Source of the DNA: a candidate division TM6 bacterium GW2011_GWF2_28_16
GTDB taxonomy: Bacteria > Patescibacteriota > Microgenomatia > UBA1400 > PJMF01
Reading direction: 5' to 3'
Length of the DNA stretch: 64,000 bases
Assembly (NCBI GenBank): GCA_001029715.1
Contig: CP011212.1
Span: forward strand, 769,066-833,065
The translations under genes were made by a program, and so were the position numbers. The notes under the pieces were generated by a model. That model searched no databases. It was given only the letters and a program-made list of their open reading frames with translations, and was not told the DNA's origin. Each line of letters opens with the position of its first letter. Positions within the stretch are counted from its first letter, which is position 1. Positions 58,301 through 64,000 of the stretch are shown here, piece by piece.

Positions 58301-59463
58301 GTAGCGGTTAAGGTGGTCCAAACATTGGCGGAAGGATCATATTTATAAAATGTAGAGTTTGCACCACGCAATACATACATGTCATCATCGTAATAAACGA
58401 TATCACTACCTGTGGATAGAGTGCCTGGAGCATCATCAACGCCAATAAACGAATTTGTTGCTGGATCGTATTTCCAAAAATTGTATGTTCCATTTCCTTG
58501 AAAAACATAAACATAACCATCATTGCTGTTATAGATAGAACCAGCATAACGGGAAACTGCTGGGAGATTGGCTAAAGTTGACCAAGTATTTGAAACAATG
58601 TCATAAGCATAAAAAGAATTTGTTCCACTCTGTCTGGTAACATAAATTTTGCTGCCATCGGTGGAAATTTCAACGTCTTCATTAATTGTGACCGGTAAAA
58701 CAGCCATTGTTGCCCAAATGTTAGCGGTTAGGTCATATCTATAAAATGTGTTTGTATTACTTCCACGAGGCGTGTACAAATAATTCCCCACTCTAACCAA
58801 ATCTGATCCAGAAGAAGTTGTAGCTGGAGTACCAGCCATAGGACTCCAAGAATTATTGCCAACGTCGTATTTATAAAAATCTTGTGTACCACCCGAACGG
58901 AGAGCATAGATACTCGTGCCATCATTTTCCAAACTGGCTCCAGAGTAAATCAGATCTGGCAAATCGCTCAACATTTCCCAAGAATCATTAGCCACCGAAT
59001 AACGAGCAAAAGCAGTTTGATAGCCACCAAACATGGCATAAACATAACCATCCATATATTCCAACTCTGATCCGTAGTAAGTTCCTCTCGGCAAATTAGC
59101 CAAAGTAGTCCATTTATCATTTTCAGGAGAATATTTCCAAAATAGAACATCTCCAGTTCCTCTTGAAACATAAATATCTTCACCATCAAAGGCTAAAGCC
59201 GTACCTGCGCTTAAAGTAAGATCTGGAGCTCTCCAACTTTTTGCTCCAAAAGTTCCAGCTGCACTTATTGAAACATCTCCTTCTTTGATAGAAAAATCTA
59301 AATTTAGATTTGTCCCAGCATCCCAATCAGAACTAGTAGTAAAAAATGTTTCTGAGGCCCTAACTGGAAATTCATAAAAAAGTAAATTTAAGGCAAAAAA
59401 AGACATCACAACAAAAGCAATTCTCAACACAAAAAACTCGCGATTGTTGAATCCCGAAACCAT
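52345..59463 (-). CDS. giant (2372 aa) membrane-anchored or secreted surface protein: Kelch-type beta-propeller repeats interleaved with and followed by fibronectin type III-like domains
   Basis: N-terminal hydrophobic segment 'FFVLRIAFVVMSFFALNLLF'. More than 25 repeats of ~47 aa matching the Kelch blade pattern (IYV..G.....FY.YD...N.W..L...P). FN3-like modules such as 'APSNPDAISGL...YYVYFGSNE...YYLRIKTKDSYGNIS' and 'APTNPQTSGL...YYLRVKTIDNAGNVS', then at least 5 tandem FN3-like modules at the C-terminus. No LPxTG-type sorting signal. Confidence 0.7.
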   Translation of the reverse strand: MVSGFNNREFFVLRIAFVVMSFFALNLLFYEFPVRASETFFTTSSDWDAGTNLNLDFSIKEGDVSISAAGTFGAKSWRAPDLTLSAGTALAFDGEDIYVSRGTGDVLFWKYSPENDKWTTLANLPRGTYYGSELEYMDGYVYAMFGGYQTAFARYSVANDSWEMLSDLPDLIYSGASLENDGTSIYALRSGGTQDFYKYDVGNNSWSPMAGTPATTSSGSDLVRVGNYLYTPRGSNTNTFYRYDLTANIWATMAVLPVTINEDVEISTDGSKIYVTRQSGTNSFYAYDIVSNTWSTLANLPAVSRYAGSIYNSNDGYVYVFQGNGTYNFWKYDPATNSFIGVDDAPGTLSTGSDIVYYDDDMYVLRGANSTFYKYDPSANVWTTLTATPGTMTDDVKGVVAGSDLYFFRGGNTNSFYRYSPSGDSWTTMTAPPTTVRFGGALSYPGSGDYIYATRGATTNSFWRYSISGNSWDDVSVADLPVDAESSYGSRLISDGTDIFYIPGVGISRFFKYTINDNVWTEVAKPPFAPFYGTDLAYHDGKIVALAGWYKKDIYEYNISLDNWRKLQSIPGYYAQDNGVYAGASIEYDSNNSFYISYGNGRQNILTYTPAANKYYATGSWTSEIKDLAYVSSFTAFSATSSTPDDSSIIYETRTSSDALSWSDWVVVASGVISSPAQRFIQVKATLVASSGSASSPTLSEISISYAGDTLAPSNPDAISGLSQQVAGIALTSGETYNYIRPYFSWSGATDAQSEVAGYYVYFGSNEVADPESVGFFQTNSNYTVTESLSTGSYYLRIKTKDSYGNISDASTIFTYVYAGISPPQSLTITDFVGTADEINTGNNQLKLASREGGFWLQEPLSNVPATMQYGAKNTAYVASLNKLFAFRGANVATFYGYDLASDTWSTLANAPGNIYIGGGVVEGPDGYLYGLRGNNTSSFYRYDIENNIWSDEDASDAPLAVYYGASMEYDGSGHVYVMRGNNDDAFWRYDAVGDSWESLSNLDFGATTNAVNNSAYIGADLAIDRENGFVYATQGNIRDGFAVYNMNSNSWAVLPDLPQLSYLGSSIEYVPSAEAVYFVPGYYSDKMYKFKTSDQTWEEVSSAPYTFYYGANLKNVGDSLYAIIGGNRTNFYKYSVSKDSWLIPNVGLFGTTYQGTDYVYPGYGEDLVKGDGNYFYLTKGNYSDDFVRYDSSTGSMQKLASTPTGTYSGSSLVYDSTQNKIYLTGGYYLQRFYVYNIASNTWSEEVDDPTLAVTDYGSSMAYDGSRYIYLNRGGANTTFYRFDTQGSAGSKWSTMTASPAGLGYGAELVFDGNNYIYTLRGQNVANNPFYRYDIASNTWSDPAVSDLNIDVYNDGFATYGGDGNIYAARGENDNDFYKYSVVDNNWTQLGNAPSKIYVGGSGESNGVDKVFMLSGTGTGGYDNGIYTYIMETATSSFEEEGTYTSVSHDLDSVYKWINLQVDYVLANNASLSIKTRSSADNSTWSSWTAVASEKKNGSSYIYEIKSPAARYLEIKFELSSSDGVYSGVINDYTVNYYKDTSAPTNPQTSGLATYSNSDPGTAIVSSNWYGHSNPYFDWPDAESTDGASDTSTGSGVAGYYVYFGTNSSANPEEDGSLQVDSNYSASNLTDGETYYLRVKTIDNAGNVSAEAWAPFIYKYDSRPPAAPADLSADPSGYSATDSFDFSWSESTSSGAQITGYCYKTAATSGTYAEDQCITSTSVTGIPSHKVGANTFYVRSKDEAGNYSDYASTPYYYVDSGNAPAPPTNLVVTPSSNTENSFAFSWDPPATGTYYGSVSNLSYYYSINALPTAHSTTGTSVRNLVAGAYATLPGENVLYIVTKDEAGNINYSNYASVIFTADTTAPGIPLNMDIADVSVKATSSWKIALSWEAPSEGGISDHYAIYRSIDGETFAQIATSGGISYVDTGLIQQEYYYKVKVCDSTNNCGAFSEVVELFPDGKFIEPAGLVSEPVVSNVTTKKASVAWSTARTADSRISYGTSPGDYFDEEVSNSIQATNHALNLLNLSPGTTYYYIAKWTDEDGNTGESAEATFVTEPAPTTEEPQVKSMGLDSALIQFISKNAASVRVYFGESSAFGGIENVVTGSGEGTHTVQLSDLKDGTKYYYKINSFDSEGEEYEGEIHSFETLPRPKIKNIKVSQVKGTARSTLLVTWESNTSISSIVTYYPVTAPGAAKDEVNLALKSGKHQMIIYDLDSQTTYGILIKGKDAVGNEAVGEFQQIATSADSRPPQISDLRVEGEILGVGEESTAQLLVSFNTDEPASAQIEFGEGSGSTYSQKTQEDASLTSHHIVVISGLTPSKVYHLRALSKDQYSNVGESVDKVVITPKATDNALDLVVSNMSLIFGFLGTK

Positions 59464-59826
59464 ATAATATTAATACTATATAATGTGAAAAAAGAAGTCG
59501 AGCCTATATTCTTTATAAAAAGGATCAAAATAGATCTAAATAGATAATTTTTGGAAAAATTGCTCAGTAAAAAAACAGCTATTTCTAAGCTTCTTCCAAA
59601 CTTCATCATTTATCACAAAAAATCGTCTTTTTAAGGGCCTTTTAAGCACTCTTTTCAAATTTGAAAAAAGATGTATAATTCACTTCTGTTCCAAAGACAG
59701 TGTGGCTCGAAAGAGTTAAAAATCGCACCGAGGAAAATAAATTTCTTTATTTTATCTCCCCTGCTTTTTCTCACATCTTTGGCACAAAATTGAAAATAGA
59801 AAATTAGTAATTTTTGAAAGACTTTT

Positions 59827-60330
59827 ATGCCAAACCAACATAATCAAGAACAAATTAAAATCGTCCAAGAAAAATTGGACAAAGCCGCCTCCATGGTTGT
59901 GATCGACTACGCAGGTGCTGATGTAAAGAAATTAACTGAACTACGTGCTGCTCTAAGAGAAGCTGGTGGCGAAATGTTTGTCACTAAAAATACTCTTATT
60001 GATATCGCTGTTGGTAAAGGCAAGCTCACTGAATCCCTCCAAGGCATGAGTGCTGCCGTTTTTTCTTACAATGATCCAGTTTCCGCTATCAAAGCCTTAG
60101 TTAAATTTCATGACGAGACCGATTTACTTGAGATCAAACAAGGTTTCATGGACGACAAAGTCCTCTCTATCGATGAGGTTAAAGCTTTGAGTCAATTGCC
60201 AAGTAAGAACGAATTAATCGTCATGTTGATTCAGAGACTTAAAACTCCAGGTCAAGGTTTGGTTAATGTTCTTCAGGCTAATGCTCGTAACTTAGTCTAC
60301 GTTTTAAAAGCTATCACAGATAAAAAATAA
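59827..60330 (+). CDS. rplJ: 50S ribosomal protein L10
   Basis: 167 aa, L10 pattern ('VVIDYAGADVKKLTELR', 'LVKFHDETDLLEIKQGFMDDKVLS'). Followed 24 nt later by rplL. Confidence 0.85.
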   Translation: MPNQHNQEQIKIVQEKLDKAASMVVIDYAGADVKKLTELRAALREAGGEMFVTKNTLIDIAVGKGKLTESLQGMSAAVFSYNDPVSAIKALVKFHDETDLLEIKQGFMDDKVLSIDEVKALSQLPSKNELIVMLIQRLKTPGQGLVNVLQANARNLVYVLKAITDKK

Positions 60331-60354
60331 TAAGTAATAAAGAAAGGAATATAT

Positions 60355-60747
60355 ATGGCAGATGAGAAAAAACTCTCAGAAAAAGTCCAAAAGATCGTTG
60401 ACGGAGTCAAAGAACTTTCCCTTATGGAAGTTTCCGAGCTCGTTAGTGCTCTAGAGGATGTCTTTGGTGTAAGCGCAGCCGCTCCTATGATGGGTGCTAT
60501 GGCAGCCGCTCCAGCAGCAGCTGTTGAAGAGAAAGACGAATTTGACGTCATTCTTAAAGAAGCTGGTAGCAATAAAATTGCCGCCATCAAAGCCGTGCGT
60601 ACTCTTAAACCTGAATTAGGTTTAGGTGAAGCCAAAACTTTCGTCGAATCAGCTCCTAAGCCAGTCTTAGAAGGTGCTAAGAAGGAAGATGCCGAAGCAG
60701 CCAAAAAGACTTTGGAAGAAGCCGGTTGCGTCGTTGAATTAAAATAA
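60355..60747 (+). CDS. rplL: 50S ribosomal protein L7/L12
   Basis: N-terminal dimerisation helix, Ala-rich hinge '[16 protein letters not shown]', C-terminal domain '[29 protein letters not shown]...EAGCVVELK'. Confidence 0.9.
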   Translation: MADEKKLSEKVQKIVDGVKELSLMEVSELVSALEDVFGVSAAAPMMGAMAAAPAAAVEEKDEFDVILKEAGSNKIAAIKAVRTLKPELGLGEAKTFVESAPKPVLEGAKKEDAEAAKKTLEEAGCVVELK

Positions 60748-60777
60748 TTATTTTAATTCTTTAAGCAAGAAATAGTG

Positions 60778-60806
60778 AAAACCCCGCCACAGTGCGGGGT
60801 TTTTCA
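60778..60806 (+). terminator. rho-independent terminator after rplL (CCCCGC/GCGGGG stem + T5)
   Basis: 'gaaaaccccgccacagtgcggggtttttc'. Confidence 0.7.
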
Positions 60807-60839
60807 TGGCACAAAGGTAACAAGCTTTTTTAGTTTAAT

Positions 60840-61538
60840 GTGGCTATAATCAATGCTCCTGTGTCTAATATCATAAAAAAACACCTCAAAAAATCCGGGC
60901 TTTTAATTTTAGATGCTCATCTACATCCCTTAGATATCCTGCTCACTGCCAGACATTTACATAAAAATTACAATGCCAACATTACCATGGCAATAGTGGG
61001 CTATGCTTTTCACATGCCCATCATGAAACAGGTGGTGAATTGGTTTGGGCGCACTTATAAAATCAATTTTTTACCAGTTTATAGAAAAGAAGAATTGGCT
61101 CCAAAAGCCTGGACCCTGAAGTTTTTCTGCTCTTTTTACCCAAAGAGAATAGATTTAAAAACTCGTAAAGCTGCTAATAAAAGTTTCATTAAAACCGCCA
61201 TGGAACTTTGCCAAAAACCAGGGGAAGTGGTTGTGGCTGCTCCATATGGCAGCACCGTTCCTTTATTTGGTGAGAAAGTAAGAAATGGTATCAAACAAAT
61301 TTTACTGAATAATTCTTTACATTTGACCAGTATCACTAGATGGCATTTCCCCAAAATGGGCTTTAAAACTCATTTTGGCAAGGTTTATTACTTCAAACCA
61401 TCTTTTAATAGAGAAAAAATTGAAGCTAAAATTCAAAAAGAATTCTTTAATCTACCCCTCCCAATCTGGTTACACTTAATTAAAAGCAAGCTGTTCAGAT
61501 CTAAAGCATTTCTCAAAGTTTCTTCCTCAAAAAATTGA
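60840..61538 (+). CDS. putative lysophospholipid acyltransferase (PlsC/LPLAT-like) family protein; GTG start
   Basis: 'LILDAHLHPLDILL' fits LPLAT motif I (H-x4-D followed by ILL). 'VVVAAPYGSTVPLFG' loosely fits motif III (FPEGTR). Basic 232-aa protein; assignment tentative. Confidence 0.35.
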   Translation: MAIINAPVSNIIKKHLKKSGLLILDAHLHPLDILLTARHLHKNYNANITMAIVGYAFHMPIMKQVVNWFGRTYKINFLPVYRKEELAPKAWTLKFFCSFYPKRIDLKTRKAANKSFIKTAMELCQKPGEVVVAAPYGSTVPLFGEKVRNGIKQILLNNSLHLTSITRWHFPKMGFKTHFGKVYYFKPSFNREKIEAKIQKEFFNLPLPIWLHLIKSKLFRSKAFLKVSSSKN

Positions 61539-61616
61539 GCATCTTTTCTAAAACCGAATCAATTCTATTTTTGGAATATTTTTGTGCATTTTTTACACAT
61601 TTCTCTAATCTAAAAA

Positions 61617-61627
61617 GTTATAGGATA
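61617..61627. promoter_or_regulatory. GTTATAGGATA core, copy 3 (flank AAAAAGTTATAGGATA)
   Basis: One of two tandem copies 42 bp apart in the 333-bp region upstream of the excisionase-family gene. Confidence 0.45.
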
Positions 61628-61658
61628 TAAGTTTCGCCTATTTTCTTGTTTTCAAAAA

Positions 61659-61669
61659 GTTATAGGATA
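61659..61669. promoter_or_regulatory. GTTATAGGATA core, copy 4 (flank AAAAAGTTATAGGATA)
   Basis: Identical 16-mer to copy 3. Confidence 0.45.
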
Positions 61670-61871
61670 ATTGTGTGGAAAAAGAGGTAAAACTATTCAG
61701 CATAAAAACTCAATTTTCCCTCTTGACCCACAGAGTCTCAATCTGTTACTGTTGGATATAGATCAAAATAATACTTTGATCTAAAAAGACTTACTCAGCA
61801 CCGCGATAAGCCAAAACTATAGGCTATTTTAAAAATAAAAAAGGGCAAAATTGCCCTAAACGAAAGGAAAA

Positions 61872-62144
61872 ATGAACGATAACCTCAACATAATCAGTGA
61901 GGACGATAAAAAAACAGGTCGCGCTGACGATGCCAGTAAATTAGACATCAAAAACCTCCCTGATTTATTAACTGTCCGTGAAGTTGCCGATTTATTGCGC
62001 GTTTCTCCTTTGACCATCAAACGCTGGGGCAAAAGAGGTAAATTGCCAGCTATTCGTATTAACTCCAGAGGTGACAGACGCTACAAAAAAGAAGCCGTGC
62101 TTTGGCTTCTAGGTGTCAATCCAAATGGTGCTGAAGAAGAATAA
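61872..62144 (+). CDS. excisionase-family (MerR-like winged) helix-turn-helix DNA-binding protein
   Basis: 'LLTVREVADLLRVSPLTIKRWGKRGKLPAIRINSRGDRRY' closely fits the excisionase/AlpA-type pattern (LLTxxEAAxLLxVSxxTIxRWxxxGxLPAxRIGxRxxRI). Confidence 0.6.
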   Translation: MNDNLNIISEDDKKTGRADDASKLDIKNLPDLLTVREVADLLRVSPLTIKRWGKRGKLPAIRINSRGDRRYKKEAVLWLLGVNPNGAEEE

Positions 62145-62153
62145 GCTTAAAGC

Positions 62154-62906
62154 TTAAAAAATCTCTTTGATAATTAGATAAATAAATTCGATTAGACGGA
62201 GTTGCCTATACTTGCGCCAAGGTTGCTTAATCAGGCGCCACAGCCACTCTAAACCCATTTTTTGCATGAAAAGTGGCGCTCTACTCACTTTGTCAAAGAT
62301 AAAGTCAAAAGAACCGCCAACAGCCATTACTAGCTTGACTCCATTTTTTTCTAAAAGCCCAATATGTTCAACAATCCACTCTTCCTGATATGGTGCTCCC
62401 AAAGCTACAAAAACAAAATCTGGCTGAAGTTTTTCGATTAGTTTCTCTAACGCTTCTTTTTCTATGGGATGAATGTGTTTTTTATTTTGATAAGCCTCTG
62501 TCCAAAATACATTATCACTGAGATGATCAGCGTAATCACGACCACCAATAATTAAGCTTCTTAAACCTTTTTTTAGAGACAAAGACAATAAATGTTCTAC
62601 CAACTCCACTCCAGCGATGCGCTCAGGAATTTTAGTGTTAACTTTGCCAAAAAAATTCAGTAAATTAGCGGCAACAACTAAACCAATCCCATCTGGTAAA
62701 AGATAATCACCTTGTTTTAGAGCCTTGGCAAAAACCTTGTCGTGCTTGGCTAAAACAATTTGCTCTGGATTGGGTGTAAAAACCTTCAAAGTCTTGGTTT
62801 TCTCCGACTGATTTACTTCAGTAGCCAAAAATTGATCAAAAAAATCAAAGAGCTCTGCTTTTTTAACACTGAGGATCTCTAAATTAAAAAGACGGCTTGT
62901 TTGCAT
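62154..62906 (-). CDS. WecB/TagA/CpsF-family glycosyltransferase (N-acetylmannosaminyl-transferase-like)
   Basis: 'DYLLPDGIGLVVAANLL', 'HIHPIEKEALEKLIEKLQPDFVFVALGAPYQEEWI', 'LWRLIKQPWRKY' typical of the family. Confidence 0.7.
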   Translation of the reverse strand: MQTSRLFNLEILSVKKAELFDFFDQFLATEVNQSEKTKTLKVFTPNPEQIVLAKHDKVFAKALKQGDYLLPDGIGLVVAANLLNFFGKVNTKIPERIAGVELVEHLLSLSLKKGLRSLIIGGRDYADHLSDNVFWTEAYQNKKHIHPIEKEALEKLIEKLQPDFVFVALGAPYQEEWIVEHIGLLEKNGVKLVMAVGGSFDFIFDKVSRAPLFMQKMGLEWLWRLIKQPWRKYRQLRLIEFIYLIIKEIF

Positions 62907-62971
62907 AACTTGATTTTAACAGCTTTTTTTCACAACTTTTGGATTAAAAGATATCAGGCTATAATAAATCT

Positions 62972-64000
62972 ATGGATTTCAAAAGCCTGCGCCGAAAACA
63001 CCCTCGTTTAATTTATCAGGGCTTTGCTATGCGCAAAGAAAAAAACGATCTTTTGCTGACTTTTGATTTACTGCTTGAACCAGATATTCATTTCAGTCCA
63101 AAACTAATCATTAAAAAACTTGATCCAAAAATTCTCGAACAAATAGATAGTAAAAAAGATCTTGATCCACAATTAAATCAATTATTTTTTCAGTTGGGCA
63201 TCGCCGAAATTCCTAGTTATTTTAAAACCGCTTGTCCCAAAGAAATTCTCATCAGACATCAGGGTCAAATCAGCAGAACAGCTTTGCCATTTTGGCAAGA
63301 TTTACTCATTAATGGTTTGGGAGAATTTTATTACCAAAACCAAATCGATTTTACCGCCAAAGATTTTGTCAAAATTAAATTAGAAAAATTAGCTCAGACA
63401 GCAGATGACATCAATTACAAAGAAAAAAATAAATTTATTCCCGTTAAACACAGCTCCGTTTTAGTACCTGTGGGCGGCGGGAAAGATTCGGCAACAGTTT
63501 TGGCGATGCTCGAGGAAAAGAAGCTGGCTTACGATGTTCTTTTGCTTTCACCCAACTCTCCCGCCGCCAAAAAAATCGCCCTCATTCTACAAAAAAACGG
63601 TCATTGCCAAAACATTATCGAGGTTGAGCGTCAGATCGATCCACAATTAATTGAGCTCAATAAAAAAGGTTACCTCAATGGTCACACACCATTTAGTGCC
63701 TACTTGGCATTTTTAAGCTCGGCTATTGCCTATTTGCATGGTCAAAGTAGCATTTTGCTAGGCAACGAAGCTTCTAGTGAAGAAGAAAATTTGCTCTATT
63801 TAGGTCATAAAATTAATCACCAATACTCCAAAAGCTTGGATTTTGAAGAAAAATTTGCCAAATACAGTCAAGAGCAACTTTTTCTGGCAGAGAAAGTCAA
63901 AAAAGCACCTAAATATCTTTCGCTACTTCGTGAACTTTCAGAAATAGAAATCACTAAAATTCTTTGTGATTTCGCGAGTAAAGATCAGAGATTTGCTGAA
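62972..64000 (+). CDS. PP-loop-type ATP pyrophosphatase-fold protein, 3'-truncated by the window end (not in the ORF track)
   Basis: ATG at 62972, open in frame to 64000 (checked codon by codon). 'VLVPVGGGKDSATVLAML' resembles the SGGxDS PP-loop. Confidence 0.4.
   Translation, partial: MDFKSLRRKHPRLIYQGFAMRKEKNDLLLTFDLLLEPDIHFSPKLIIKKLDPKILEQIDSKKDLDPQLNQLFFQLGIAEIPSYFKTACPKEILIRHQGQISRTALPFWQDLLINGLGEFYYQNQIDFTAKDFVKIKLEKLAQTADDINYKEKNKFIPVKHSSVLVPVGGGKDSATVLAMLEEKKLAYDVLLLSPNSPAAKKIALILQKNGHCQNIIEVERQIDPQLIELNKKGYLNGHTPFSAYLAFLSSAIAYLHGQSSILLGNEASSEEENLLYLGHKINHQYSKSLDFEEKFAKYSQEQLFLAEKVKKAPKYLSLLRELSEIEITKILCDFASKDQRFAE

Noticed and set aside
52345-59463. Numerous short antisense or alternative-frame ORFs inside the giant gene (for example 54189-54539, 56034-56228, 56460-56738, 57780-58151, 58308-59189)
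   Set aside because: They are embedded in a strongly supported 2372-aa coding frame. Their His/Leu/Met-rich translations are typical of out-of-frame reading of repetitive coding DNA.
1-64000. Alternative genetic code (UGA or UAG recoding)
   Set aside because: Very long ORFs (2372, 855, 790, 730 aa) are intact under the standard code, and all recognised genes terminate normally. There is no evidence of recoding.
1-64000. rRNA genes, transposases or IS elements, integrases
   Set aside because: No rRNA-like conserved blocks and no DDE or tyrosine/serine recombinase motifs were seen in any frame.

Overview
This is a low-GC (roughly 35-38% by eye) bacterial chromosome segment, gene-dense and readable with the standard genetic code. 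Long ORFs such as topA (730 aa) and a 2372-aa gene stay intact without recoding.

The content is mostly housekeeping genes:
- Copper homeostasis: a copZ / cupredoxin membrane protein / copA / ArsR-family regulator cluster at 0.4-4.4 kb.
- Core enzymes and recombination: radC, cysS, hpf, recR, topA, dprA.
- Nucleotide metabolism: a dTMP-synthesis cluster (tmk, dut, thyA, a DHFR-like gene, a CofE-like gene, dCMP deaminase), plus nadE and nadD.
- Cell wall and shape: mreC / mreD-like / PBP2.
- Translation: def and fmt, and ribosomal proteins L28 and L33.
- RNA genes: a tRNA-Thr / tRNA-Tyr / tRNA-Thr array and a tRNA-Trp.
- A split ribosomal locus: secE-nusG-rplK-rplA, then rplJ-rplL about 16 kb further on.

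Three things stand out.

1. A 13-kb, five-gene minus-strand operon at 46.5-59.5 kb sits between rplA and rplJ, next to thrS. It encodes a 2372-aa membrane-anchored surface protein made of many Kelch-type beta-propeller blades plus fibronectin-III-like modules. Downstream are a small membrane-anchored protein, a MacB/FtsX-type ABC exporter whose permease has an unusually large extracellular domain, and a DUF2207-like membrane protein with a poly-glycine tail.

2. An accessory islet at 31.2-35.2 kb lies beside tRNA-Trp. A direct duplicate of the tRNA 3' end (an att-like scar) sits 157 bp away. The islet is built from two diverged copies of a two-small-gene module with near-identical terminators and a shared upstream 40-bp element. 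It also holds a papain-fold (C39-like) putative cysteine peptidase and a DedA-like gene.

3. The 11-nt core GTTATAGGATA occurs four times in the window. Two copies are in the islet and two lie in tandem upstream of an excisionase-family helix-turn-helix gene at 61.9 kb. This points to a shared regulatory element.

Other notable items:
- a dockerin-like protein paired with a Cys-rich surface protein (39.0-41.3 kb);
- tandem 30-bp repeats upstream of the tRNA operon promoter;
- a 22-bp inverted repeat enclosing 106 nt beside them;
- a candidate ~80-nt small RNA with a near-consensus promoter and terminator, upstream of and antisense to thrS.

No rRNA, CRISPR array, transposase or integrase was seen. 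Gene content is compatible with a small-genome (possibly CPR/Patescibacteria-like) organism, but that is inference only.
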